In this document: piece by piece, positions 54,292 through 63,723 of the stretch
Layout of the letters: each line of letters begins with the position of its first letter
How positions within the stretch are numbered: the stretch's first letter is position 1
Source of the DNA: an uncultured Eubacterium sp.
Lineage (GTDB): Bacteria > Bacillota > Clostridia > Oscillospirales > Acutalibacteraceae
Length of the DNA: 64,000 nucleotides
Assembly (NCBI GenBank): GCA_934561395.1
Contig: CAKTGF010000004.1
Span: forward strand, 170,936-234,935
Direction: 5' to 3'
Program-made: the position numbers and the translations under genes
Notes under the pieces: generated by a model
Database searches by the model: none
Told to the model about the DNA's origin: nothing
Seen by the model: only the letters and a program-made list of their open reading frames with translations

Positions 54292-56021
54292 TATTTCTGC
54301 GCCTCCTTTTCGTTAAATTGAGAGGCGTAAATTTCCTTATAAACCTCACAGTTATTAAGGAGTTCACTGTTTGTTCCCATGCCAACGCATACACCGTCGT
54401 CAAGAACAATGATTTTGTCAGCCGTTAAAATTGAAGAACAGCGCTGTGAAACGATAAACAGCGTAGGCTTGTAATCAAGGCTTAATACAGCCTCACGCAA
54501 TGCCTTTTCCGTTGCAAAATCCAAAGCGGAGGCGCTATCGTCAAGCACAATAATTTCAGGTCTTGAAACAATCGCTCTGGCAATTGAAAGCCTTTGCTTT
54601 TGACCCCCTGAAAGGTTGGCACCATTTTGCTCAATTACGGTGTCCAAACCGTCTTTTTCATAAATACTGTCATATATTTGGGCAATGCGTAAAGCATTGT
54701 CAATTTCTTTATCGGTGGCATTTTTCTTGCCCCATTTAATATTATCCCTTACCGTTCCGCTGAAAAGAACAGCCTTTTGCATAACAAAGCCGATTTTTGA
54801 GCGCAGCTCCTCAACATCGTAGGAGTTAACATTTTTGCCGTCAACGCTTACAACGCCCTTTGTTGCGTCATAATAGTGCGGAATAAGGCTTACAAGGCTT
54901 GATTTGCCCGAGCCGCTGGAGCCGATAATGCCCACAACATCGCCCTTGTTTGCAGAAAACGAAATGTTTGAAAGGCTTTCATCTCCTGCGCCGTTATATT
55001 TAAGAGAAACCTTGTCAAACTTAACGGCACAGTCATTGAGCCTTTCGTTATCGTCGGTAAATTTAAGAGTGTTTTTCATATCAAGAATTTGTGAAATTCT
55101 TGAGCCGGAGGCAAAGGCCTTTGAAATGGTAACAATAAGGTTTGCAAATTTAATAAGCTCAACTAAAATTTGGCTCATATAGTTGTAAAGAGCAACAACA
55201 TTACCCTGCGAAAGCGAGCCGCCGTCAACACGCAATGCGCCGTAGTAAATTAAAAGAACAATGCCCAAATTAACGATAATGTATGTTAACGGGTTCATGA
55301 GTGCGGATATTCTGCCCACTGCCCTTTGAAAATGAGCAAGCAAATTGTTTTTATCGGTAAACTTGCCGTATTCCTGCTTCTCCTCTGTAAAGGCACGGAT
55401 AACCCTTGCACCTGTAAGATTTTCCCTTGTCATAAGGGTAATGCCGTCAAGGGTATTTTGAACATCACGGTACATGGGCACGGTTGCTTTCATAATCAAA
55501 ACAATTACAAACGAAAGCAAAGCGATAACCGCTAAGAAAATAAGGCTTGCCTTAACATCAATGGTAAGCGCCATTACAAAGGCACCCACCGTTATAAACG
55601 GAGAGCGCAAAAACAACCTCAACACCATATTAACACCGTTTTGAGCCTGGTTAACATCATTTGTCATTCTGGTAATAAGGGTGGAGGTTCCCACGCCGTC
55701 AATTTCGTTAAATGACAGTGACTGTATTTTCTCAAACAGCGCATGTCTAAGCCCTGTTGCAAAGCCTGTGGCAGCCTTTGCGGCAAACCACTGGGCTGTA
55801 ATTGCGGCAATCATTCCCACCACTGCAAGAACAACCAAAAGCGCCGACCTTGAAAGAACAAGGCTCATATCGTTATTACGGATACCGTCGTCAATAATAG
55901 ATGCCACTACAAGGGGCACGATAAGCTCAAAGCAGGCCTCGAGCATTTTAAACAACGGCGCAAAAGCGGATTCTTTTTTGTAATCCTTTAAATACACCAA
56001 TAATTTTTTCATTTCATACAT
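54291..56021 (-). CDS. ABC exporter, fused permease-ATPase (heterodimer partner 1)
   Basis: A 6-TM N-terminal domain plus Walker A 'GSSGSGKSS', 'LSGGQKQRLSIARAI' and 'IVLDDSASALD'. It is translationally coupled to the partner gene. Confidence 0.8.
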   Translation of the reverse strand: MYEMKKLLVYLKDYKKESAFAPLFKMLEACFELIVPLVVASIIDDGIRNNDMSLVLSRSALLVVLAVVGMIAAITAQWFAAKAATGFATGLRHALFEKIQSLSFNEIDGVGTSTLITRMTNDVNQAQNGVNMVLRLFLRSPFITVGAFVMALTIDVKASLIFLAVIALLSFVIVLIMKATVPMYRDVQNTLDGITLMTRENLTGARVIRAFTEEKQEYGKFTDKNNLLAHFQRAVGRISALMNPLTYIIVNLGIVLLIYYGALRVDGGSLSQGNVVALYNYMSQILVELIKFANLIVTISKAFASGSRISQILDMKNTLKFTDDNERLNDCAVKFDKVSLKYNGAGDESLSNISFSANKGDVVGIIGSSGSGKSSLVSLIPHYYDATKGVVSVDGKNVNSYDVEELRSKIGFVMQKAVLFSGTVRDNIKWGKKNATDKEIDNALRIAQIYDSIYEKDGLDTVIEQNGANLSGGQKQRLSIARAIVSRPEIIVLDDSASALDFATEKALREAVLSLDYKPTLFIVSQRCSSILTADKIIVLDDGVCVGMGTNSELLNNCEVYKEIYASQFNEKEAQK

Positions 56022-56152
56022 CCTTGAATTTTATACAGATATATTATATAACCAAATTGGGATATGTCAATTAAAAAAATGTTGAAAAATAGTTTGTGTG
56101 TGATATAATTTATTTAGCATTATTAATTTGAAGAGTAAGAGGTAGATTAGTT

Positions 56153-57463
56153 ATGGAAAATAAACCGGTTACTGCAATAATCGTAGGTGCAGGCCACAGG
56201 TCATTTGTTTACAGCGAGCTTGCCAAAACCAACCCGGAAATGTTAAAAATCGTGGGCGTTGCCGACCCTAACCCGGTAAGGCGCAAAAAAGCAATGGAAT
56301 ACTTCGGCTTCGGCGAGGATATGTGCTTTGAAAATGCAGACGAGCTTGCTAAAAAAGGCAAGTTGGCAGACGCTGTTATTAACGGCACCATGGACCACCA
56401 GCATTTGGAAACCGCCGTTCCGCTTTTAAACTGTGGCTACGATATGCTGCTTGAAAAGCCCTTTGCTCCCAACGAGCCCGATATGCGTGAAATTGTTGAA
56501 TGTGCAAGAAAAAATAACTCAAAGGTTATGATTTGCCATGTTTTGCGTTACACTCCTTTCTATTATTCAATAAAGGAAAGAATCGTTAACGGCGACCTTG
56601 GCGATATTATCAACATTCAAACCACCGAGCATGTTTCTTACCACCACCTTTCAACATCATATATCCGTGGCAAGTGGGCAAACAGCGACAAATGCCACAC
56701 ATCAATGCTTTTGGCAAAGTGCTGCCACGACCTTGATATTATGATGTGGATGATGGCAGAAACCAAGCCCACACAAATCAGTTCATTTGGTGGGAAATAT
56801 CAATTTAAGCCTGAAAATGCCCCCAAAGAGGCAGGCACAATTTGCATGAAGGACTGCCCACTTGTTGACACCTGCGTTTATTCGACCAAAAGGCTTTACA
56901 TAGACCACCCGGACAGATGGTCATTTTATGTTTGGGACGCCCTTGAGGGTATTGAAAACCCAACAATTGAGGATAAAATCGCACTTATGAAAACCGACAA
57001 CCCATACGCAAGGTGCATTTACAAATGTGATAACAACGTTGTTGACCACCAATCTGTAATGGTTAATTTTGCATCCGGCGCAACAGGCACCCACAATATG
57101 GTCGGCGGTTCATCTGAGCCCAGAAGATACATTCACATTGTGGGCACAAAGGGCGAGCTTTTCGGCAATTTTGAGGATTCAAAATACACCGTGCTTAAAA
57201 TTAATCCCTCACCTGACGCTCACAACGAGGAATGTGATGTTGAAGAGGTTGACTTAAGAGTGACCGGAGATATGGTTGGCGCATACGGCGGCCACGGCGG
57301 CGGAGATGAAAGGCTTGCAGCTGACTTTGTAAAATACATCAGGGGCGAAAAGCCCAGCCTTGCATGCACATCTATTTTTGACTCGGTAGCCGGCCATTTA
57401 AGCGTTTATCTTGCGGATAAATCAAGAGAAAACGGCGGCGAACCCCAAGCGGTTATACTTTAA
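56153..57463 (+). CDS. Gfo/Idh/MocA-family NAD(P)-dependent oxidoreductase
   Basis: N-terminal 'VTAIIVGAGHRSFVY' Rossmann fold and 'LLEKPFAPN', the family's EKP motif. Confidence 0.75.
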   Translation: MENKPVTAIIVGAGHRSFVYSELAKTNPEMLKIVGVADPNPVRRKKAMEYFGFGEDMCFENADELAKKGKLADAVINGTMDHQHLETAVPLLNCGYDMLLEKPFAPNEPDMREIVECARKNNSKVMICHVLRYTPFYYSIKERIVNGDLGDIINIQTTEHVSYHHLSTSYIRGKWANSDKCHTSMLLAKCCHDLDIMMWMMAETKPTQISSFGGKYQFKPENAPKEAGTICMKDCPLVDTCVYSTKRLYIDHPDRWSFYVWDALEGIENPTIEDKIALMKTDNPYARCIYKCDNNVVDHQSVMVNFASGATGTHNMVGGSSEPRRYIHIVGTKGELFGNFEDSKYTVLKINPSPDAHNEECDVEEVDLRVTGDMVGAYGGHGGGDERLAADFVKYIRGEKPSLACTSIFDSVAGHLSVYLADKSRENGGEPQAVIL

Positions 57464-57505
57464 TTTAACCCCATAAAATAAACATTTTGCTATACGGAGG
57501 TTATT

Positions 57506-58459
57506 TTGTCTGTTTACTACGGAATTGCTTTTGCCGCTTCGCTTGTGCTCACTGTAATTTGCATTATAAAGCACAAGGGCAAAAACTTGGAATTAATCGG
57601 TCTTTTCGCAGCAATGCTGATAACAAATTTCGGTTATTTTTTCATATCAATATCCCATGGCAAGGAAACAGCATTACTATTTAATACAATATCATATTTG
57701 GGCAGCGTGTTTTTACCTTATTTTATGCTTCGCATTGTTGTAAAGTTAAATGATGTTAAAATATGTCCCCGCCTTAACGCAGCACTTATCTCGGCATCGG
57801 CAATTGTGTTTATAATTGCCGCAAGTCCCCCGTTTTCAGGCGTTTACTACAAATCATACGATATTGATAAAATCAATAACGCAACAGTGCTTGTTAAAAC
57901 CTACGGGCCGCTGCATAATTTATATAAGATTTTCATTGTCGCCTATTTGCTGGCAATAGTATGCTTTTTAATTTACACCTTCACAAAAAAGGCAGACAAA
58001 AAAATCAAAATCTCTGCGTTTTTAACCTTAATAATGGCAATAAATATATTTTTCTGGATTGGGGAATCAATTGCCCACAGTCGGTTTGAATATATGTCAT
58101 ATTCCTATGTTATAACCCAACTTTTGCTTTTGCTGTTTTACGAAATAATCAACGATTTATATTTTCAGTCACAGCTTGAAGAAATTGTGCCGGAAATTGA
58201 AAAATTAGGCTTTTCAAAGGCACAGGCTCAAACCATTATTGACCGTTTGGAGGATTCGGCAAAGCTTACCAACCGTGAAAAGCAGGTTGCCGCACTTCTT
58301 ATTGAGGGCAAAAAACGCAAGGAAATTGCCGATACCCTGTTTGTTACCGAAAGCACAATAAAAAAGCACTCCTCATCTGTTTACAAAAAGCTTAATGTTG
58401 AAAACAGAAAGGAACTTTTGGAAAAGGTTAAGACGTTAGAAAATATCAAAACAGAATAA
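57506..58459 (+). CDS. Membrane-anchored LuxR/GerE-family transcriptional regulator (6-7 TM N-terminal domain plus C-terminal HTH)
   Basis: The C-terminal 'LTNREKQVAALLIEGKKRKEIADTLFVTESTIKKHSSSVYKKLNVENRKEL' is a canonical LuxR-type HTH. The preceding ~230 aa are polytopic. Confidence 0.7.
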   Translation: MSVYYGIAFAASLVLTVICIIKHKGKNLELIGLFAAMLITNFGYFFISISHGKETALLFNTISYLGSVFLPYFMLRIVVKLNDVKICPRLNAALISASAIVFIIAASPPFSGVYYKSYDIDKINNATVLVKTYGPLHNLYKIFIVAYLLAIVCFLIYTFTKKADKKIKISAFLTLIMAINIFFWIGESIAHSRFEYMSYSYVITQLLLLLFYEIINDLYFQSQLEEIVPEIEKLGFSKAQAQTIIDRLEDSAKLTNREKQVAALLIEGKKRKEIADTLFVTESTIKKHSSSVYKKLNVENRKELLEKVKTLENIKTE

Positions 58460-58487
58460 GGCAGGTTTAAGCCTACATCGCACAACA

Positions 58488-58528
58488 TAAAAAAACACAC
58501 AACAGCAAACAGCTGTTATGTGTTTTTT
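58488..58528. terminator. Bidirectional rho-independent terminator
   Basis: An ACACAACAGC...GCTGTTATGTGT stem flanked by A7 and T7. It lies between the LuxR-like gene and the minus-strand tRNA. Confidence 0.7.
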
Positions 58529-58614
58529 TGGTGCAGGAAATGGGACTTGAACCCACACGAACTAACGTTCACAGGCTTCTGAGACCTGAGCGTCTGCCAT
58601 TCCGCCACTCCTGC
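58529..58614 (-). tRNA. tRNA-Leu (anticodon CAG), class II
   Basis: Minus-strand sequence GCAGGAG...TTCCTGCACCA. T-arm GTGGG-TTCAAGT-CCCAT. Anticodon stem CAGGT/GCCTG with loop cUCAGaa. Long variable arm. Confidence 0.8.
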
Positions 58615-58770
58615 GTGTTTAATTTGCACAATAGTTAAGATACCACAACTGACCGAAAAAGTCAATTAATACTTTTATTAAAATTAAAATGTATTATCAA
58701 TTCGCTTTTTCGGCTAAATGTATATGTTGATAAAATCGGCAGATATGCTATAATAGCTGTGGTGATGAAA

Positions 58771-59844
58771 ATGAATAACATAAATAAATGCATTGAAATA
58801 CTTAACAACCTGGGGGCCGACGCTCTTTTGCTTTGCAACGAGGCGAACATGCACTACATTTGCGGCTTTTCCCCCAGCGAGGGTATGATTTTGATTTTCA
58901 AAAACGGCGACAGCTATCATTTAGTGGATTCAAGATACACCGAAATCGCCATGCAGCACGCCAAAGAAAGCTGCCTTAAGGTGCTTGAAATTACCAAAAG
59001 ATTCAGCGAGCATGTTGCTGACATTTTTAACGAGCATGGTGCAAAATCACTGGTGTTTGAAAACGAAACCATATCATATTCCACATATAACGCTGTAAAA
59101 AATGCCATTAGTTCTGCCGAGCTTGTTAACCTTGACAACCGTCTTATGCTTTATCGCAACCGCAAGGAGGCAGAGGAAATTGTATTTATGAAAAAGGCAA
59201 ACCAAATTGCGGAAAAGTCCTTTTTAGAGCTGCTTAATGATGTTAAGCCCGGCAAAACTGAAAAGGAGCTTGCGGCGGAATTTGAATACATTATGGCGAA
59301 AAACGGCTCTGACGGAATATCTTTTGACACCATTCTTTTATCGGGCGCACACACATCGATGCCACACGGCGTGCCCTCTGAAAACACAATCAAAAGCGGC
59401 GATTTTGTGCTGTTTGACTTTGGTGCAACCTTTAACGGCTATCATTCTGATATGACAAGAACCGTTGCCGTGGGAAGTGCCACTGACGAAATGATAAGCG
59501 CCTATAATCTGGTTTTAAACGCCCAAAAAGCAGGCATTAAAGCACTTAACGCAGGGGTTAAATGTGCCGATGTTTACAAGGCGGCTTATGATGTTTTGGA
59601 TAAGGAAAATATGGCGCAGTATTTCAGGCACGGTCTTGGTCACGGGGTCGGCCTTGAAATACACGAGGGCTTTAACGCCTCCCCCAGGAGCAAAGATACA
59701 TACGAGGCAGGCAATGTTACATCTGTTGAGCCGGGAATATATCTTCCCGATAAATTCGGCATAAGAATTGAGGATGTTTGCTACCTTGCCCCACGAGGCA
59801 GAGAAAATTTAAGCAATGTTACAAAGGAATTAATTATCTTATAG
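58771..59844 (+). CDS. M24-family Xaa-Pro aminopeptidase/dipeptidase
   Basis: Metal-ligand blocks 'FDFGATFNGYHSDMTRT', 'HGLGHGVGLEIHE' and 'EPGIY'. Confidence 0.85.
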   Translation: MNNINKCIEILNNLGADALLLCNEANMHYICGFSPSEGMILIFKNGDSYHLVDSRYTEIAMQHAKESCLKVLEITKRFSEHVADIFNEHGAKSLVFENETISYSTYNAVKNAISSAELVNLDNRLMLYRNRKEAEEIVFMKKANQIAEKSFLELLNDVKPGKTEKELAAEFEYIMAKNGSDGISFDTILLSGAHTSMPHGVPSENTIKSGDFVLFDFGATFNGYHSDMTRTVAVGSATDEMISAYNLVLNAQKAGIKALNAGVKCADVYKAAYDVLDKENMAQYFRHGLGHGVGLEIHEGFNASPRSKDTYEAGNVTSVEPGIYLPDKFGIRIEDVCYLAPRGRENLSNVTKELIIL

Positions 59845-59871
59845 CATTATCTGATTATCTCATATAATTAT

Positions 59872-59907
59872 AAAAAGGAGCGGATGGTTACCCATTCGCT
59901 CCTTTTT
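59872..59907 (+). terminator. Rho-independent terminator
   Basis: AAAAAGGAGCGGATGG-TTAC-CCATTCGCTCCTTTTTT. Confidence 0.8.
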
Positions 59908-59966
59908 TGTATATACATTTGCAAAATTACTCAATAATACTTTTTCAAATTAACAAACAAATCAAT

Positions 59967-62045
59967 TTATTTAAGGCTGATTGCCAGCTGATATGCCGAT
60001 TCGGTTGCATTGGCAATTCTGCCGACCTTAACACTGTCTCCGATATTATAAACGGTATATGCCTTGCTTTTATCGCCGTTAAGCTCATCAAACAAAGCGT
60101 TATTTGGGCGGCAGCCCATTGAAAGCACAACATGGTCAGCCTTAACCTGTGTGTGCTCAAAGGTCTTTGTATTTTCAAGAACCACGCAATCGTCCTTAAT
60201 TTCAACCAGTTTGTGTGACGGCATAAACACCGTGCCAGCCTTTTCAAGCTTTGGCATTGCATCGTCAACCTGCTGGAACCAAGCGCCGGGGGCAATTTGG
60301 TCGGCCATTTCAACAATTGTTACCTTGTTAAACTGCTTGCACAAAAGCTCCGAGGTTTCAAGGCCGGTCATGCCTGAACCGATAACCACAACATTTTTGT
60401 AATAAAGTTTAACCGTGCCGTTTAAAACATCGGTAACGGTTGAAACATTATCCCTTTGGAATGGCTTTGGGAAAACAGCGTCGGCACCGGTTGCACAAAT
60501 AACATAATCAGGTGCCATGTTATCAATCATTTCCTTGGTTGCAAGGGTGTTATAAACAATTTTTGCACCTGCGTTTTCTGCGTTAACAGTTAAATCCTTG
60601 ACGCACCAACCAATTTTTTCCTTATCGGGTGGCATTTTTGCGAGGTTAATTTGACCGCCCGGGCAGCTTTCCTTTTCAAGCACGGTTACATCAAAGCCAC
60701 GCCTTGCCAGCAGCTCTGCCGCTGTTAAACCTGCAACGCCTGCGCCGATAATAACAACCTTTTTGCCCCTGCCGTTGCGGTTTAATATTTCGCCCTCTCT
60801 GCCCACAAAGGGGTTAACGGAGCACTGACCGTGAGTATATTTATATGCGTTATGCATCATGCTTTCAAAGCAATAAAGACAGGCAATACAACGCTTAACG
60901 GTATCCTCCCTGCCATTTTCAACCTTTTCAACCCAATGGGGATCGGCAATTAAAGGTCTGCCAAGGGAAATAAAGTCCTGTATTCCGTCCTGCAACTGTT
61001 TTTCAGCCTGCTCAGGGGAGCGAATCATATTAGCCGCAATAACGGGAATATCAACAACCTTTTTAACCTCCTCTGCCAAATACTTGCGCCAACCGGGGGT
61101 AAAGGTTGTGGGCTCAAGCCAATAGTTAAAGGTGTCATAGCAGGCGGAGGAAACATCAATGGCGTCAATGCCCTTGTCATTAAGGATTTTTGCCATTTTA
61201 AGGCCTTCTGCCAAATCGTAGCCCTTGCCCTTTTCCCCTATTTTATCATACATTTCATCAACTGAAAGGCGCACAACAATGGGGAAATCCTTGCCGCATT
61301 TTTCTCTTATGCCGTCAATAATTTCAAGCAAAAATCTCATTCTGTTTTCAAGGCTGCCGCCGTATTCGTCATTACGCCTGTTGGTGTTCGGCGAAAGAAA
61401 TTGCTGAATAAGGTAGCCGTGAGCAGCATGGAGCTCAACACCGTCGCACCCTGCTTTTTTAACACGCACTGCGCCCTCAACAAACTGGTTAACAAGGTGT
61501 TTAATGCCGAATTTTGTAATTCCCCTGTTAACGCTTTCTGACATTTTGGATTTTTCGCACCTGCTGGGTGCAATAACCCTGGGCACAATGTCATTATCCT
61601 GCAGCACCTTGCCCGGTGGGATAATAGCCCCGGTCAAAAGCTTGGCATAGGCAGAGCCCATTAACGAATCGCAAGCGTTTGAAATAGGCACAGTGCCAAT
61701 CATCAGGCCCAAATTTTGCCTGCCCGGATGATGCAGTTCAACCATAATTTTAGCCCCGTAGGAGTGAACACGCTCAACCATTCTTTTAAGGGGCTCTATT
61801 TGATAATCGTGCGACATGGCAAGCTGACCGAAGGATGAAGCCCCCGTCATATCGTTAACACGGGTAATCTCAGTAAAAATAAGACCCACGCCGCCCTTGG
61901 CACGCTCAACATAATAATTCATCATGGTGTCGGTAACCTTGCCGTTAAACTGGCCGAAACCCATGCACATGGGCGCCATAACAACCCTGTTTTTTATTTC
62001 AACATTACCTATTTTCATTGGGGAAAAAAGCATTTCGTATTTCAT
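59967..62045 (-). CDS. Two-domain flavoenzyme: Old-Yellow-Enzyme-type FMN oxidoreductase fused to an FAD/NAD(P) pyridine-nucleotide-disulfide-type reductase domain (2-enoate / 2,4-dienoyl-CoA reductase family)
   Basis: N-terminal 'MLFSPMKIGNVEIKNRVVMAPM' and 'GCDGVELHAAHGYLIQQFLSP' (OYE). The C-terminal half carries 'KVVIIGAGVAGLTAAELLARRGFDVTVLE' and a second 'VVVIGSGMTGLE' fold. Confidence 0.8.
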   Translation of the reverse strand: MKYEMLFSPMKIGNVEIKNRVVMAPMCMGFGQFNGKVTDTMMNYYVERAKGGVGLIFTEITRVNDMTGASSFGQLAMSHDYQIEPLKRMVERVHSYGAKIMVELHHPGRQNLGLMIGTVPISNACDSLMGSAYAKLLTGAIIPPGKVLQDNDIVPRVIAPSRCEKSKMSESVNRGITKFGIKHLVNQFVEGAVRVKKAGCDGVELHAAHGYLIQQFLSPNTNRRNDEYGGSLENRMRFLLEIIDGIREKCGKDFPIVVRLSVDEMYDKIGEKGKGYDLAEGLKMAKILNDKGIDAIDVSSACYDTFNYWLEPTTFTPGWRKYLAEEVKKVVDIPVIAANMIRSPEQAEKQLQDGIQDFISLGRPLIADPHWVEKVENGREDTVKRCIACLYCFESMMHNAYKYTHGQCSVNPFVGREGEILNRNGRGKKVVIIGAGVAGLTAAELLARRGFDVTVLEKESCPGGQINLAKMPPDKEKIGWCVKDLTVNAENAGAKIVYNTLATKEMIDNMAPDYVICATGADAVFPKPFQRDNVSTVTDVLNGTVKLYYKNVVVIGSGMTGLETSELLCKQFNKVTIVEMADQIAPGAWFQQVDDAMPKLEKAGTVFMPSHKLVEIKDDCVVLENTKTFEHTQVKADHVVLSMGCRPNNALFDELNGDKSKAYTVYNIGDSVKVGRIANATESAYQLAISLK

Positions 62046-62131
62046 AAATTCACCTTATATATAAATTTCTACAAATTCCGCTTATATAAATCAAGGGCAA
62101 ACCGAAGTCCGCCCTTTATAATCACTGACTA

Positions 62132-62761
62132 TTAATCTAAATCGTTTTTCTTTTTACTGAATTCCATCTGCTGTTTGGCAAGTTCTGCCTTTTTATCCTC
62201 ACGCTTGCACCAATTTCGATACCACAGCCAAATTATAAATACAAGAACAACAAGTGCAATGGGTATCATCAAGGTTTTAAGCACATTTTGAACAATCCTT
62301 AAATTTTGGAAAGCGGTAAAATAAAATCCCCAGCGAACATTAACAGGGTCAACAGTGCCGTTTACCGAGCCGTTGGGATAATAAATGCCATCGGGAAGAT
62401 ATTGCTTTTCGCCGTTTTCGTCAATATAGTAAACAGAAATTGCCTCACTTACATCATCGGTATTCTCCGGGTCAAAATCCGGGTTATCCTCACGATAAAA
62501 GGTCATATACTCGCCGTCGATTTGTTCTTGGCTTGTAATCTTTTTATTCATAAGCAGATTGGTAACAATTTTTGACCTGTAAAAAATATCAGTAGCCTCT
62601 TTATTGTTGCCGTAGCTGTTTATTGTAAAAACGCCGACACCCAAACCGATAGCGATTGCTATTGCAACGACAACGGCAATTGTAAACCTGTAAAACTTAA
62701 GGTCTTTTGCATTAATTTGCTTTGTTTTTTCATCCATAATTTTCATCCTTATACTTAACAA
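62132..62761 (-). CDS. Hypothetical bitopic membrane protein with an extracytoplasmic domain
   Basis: TM helices near residue 25 and the C-terminus bracket an ~130-aa D/E/Y-rich domain. The start may be the internal MKIMDEK. Confidence 0.35.
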   Translation of the reverse strand: MLSIRMKIMDEKTKQINAKDLKFYRFTIAVVVAIAIAIGLGVGVFTINSYGNNKEATDIFYRSKIVTNLLMNKKITSQEQIDGEYMTFYREDNPDFDPENTDDVSEAISVYYIDENGEKQYLPDGIYYPNGSVNGTVDPVNVRWGFYFTAFQNLRIVQNVLKTLMIPIALVVLVFIIWLWYRNWCKREDKKAELAKQQMEFSKKKNDLD

Positions 62762-62793
62762 AAGGAGCAGCCGAGTACCCCTTTTGTTGAAAT

Positions 62794-63723
62794 TTATTTG
62801 TTCTTATTTTTTGCCTTCTTACCTGCGTTAAGCTTTTCCTTAGCCTTGGCAACAAGCTCTGCTTGCTCCTTGGCAGCTTCTTTTTCAGCTTGCTCACGCT
62901 CTCTTTCACGCTTGATAGCGTCCTGGCGTTCTTTTTCATCCTTGGCAGCCTTACGGGCAAGTCTTTCCTCCTCAAGAGTTTCGTCGCTCTTGGCAGGAGC
63001 CTTTGCAACAAGGAAGTTTGCAACGGTAGCAATAACAAGTAATGCCAACGCAACAAAATAGCCCCAACTTACGCCGCCGTGAGCGTTATACATTGAAATA
63101 TCCCCAAGGGTAAAGCCAATATAGCTTGATGTTGCAGACATACCCACTGTGAAGAGCACACCGCTTGTGATTGCGCTTGCAACGCCCAAAACATCAAACA
63201 CAAACATTGCCTTGGTTTTTGAGTGCTTGAATGTAAATATAATAAGGAAAAATGCAATTACAAACATTAGCAGCGACAAAACCATAAACAACAGTGAAAG
63301 CATTGTGTATGTAACCGGGCCGCTGTAGCCCTCATAGCCCATATTGGTAAAATAAAGCCCTGCGTTGCCGAAAAAGCTTTTGAACAAATCAATTAACGAT
63401 TTTCCGTCTGTAAAAATGCCGATAACATCAAAGCCCAGGCTTTCTGCATCGCTTTTAATGTATGCCCATGGCAAAATATAGCCGATAACAGGTATAAAAG
63501 ATAAGACAATTCTTGCAATTCGCAGTTTTGTTCCCCAAATTGAATAAGCAACACGGTTGAGGTTTTTGTAGAATGCCGAAAACTTTAACTCGGCTTTTAT
63601 ATTATCTTCCTCAAGCCTTTCTTCCCAATTATAGTTAGGGATGCTCACACCGCAGGCTGAACATTCCGCCTTGATATTGTAGATATGCAGCTTTTTGCCG
63701 CAATTAGGACAGGTACTTGACAT
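62794..63723 (-). CDS. Membrane protein with an N-terminal zinc-ribbon and a C-terminal Lys/Glu-rich coiled tail
   Basis: 'CPNCGKK...CSACG' zinc-ribbon, then ~5 TM helices. The final 70 aa are a low-complexity KE-rich region (EEERLARKAAKDEKERQDAIKREREREQAEKEAAKEQAE). Confidence 0.45.
   Translation of the reverse strand: MSSTCPNCGKKLHIYNIKAECSACGVSIPNYNWEERLEEDNIKAELKFSAFYKNLNRVAYSIWGTKLRIARIVLSFIPVIGYILPWAYIKSDAESLGFDVIGIFTDGKSLIDLFKSFFGNAGLYFTNMGYEGYSGPVTYTMLSLLFMVLSLLMFVIAFFLIIFTFKHSKTKAMFVFDVLGVASAITSGVLFTVGMSATSSYIGFTLGDISMYNAHGGVSWGYFVALALLVIATVANFLVAKAPAKSDETLEEERLARKAAKDEKERQDAIKREREREQAEKEAAKEQAELVAKAKEKLNAGKKAKNKNK

Noticed and set aside
62730-63061. Two overlapping ORFs (62730-63056 minus, 62798-63061 plus) across the KE-rich tail
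   Set aside because: They are low-complexity repeat artefacts of the GAA/AAG-rich coding region of the 309-aa membrane protein.
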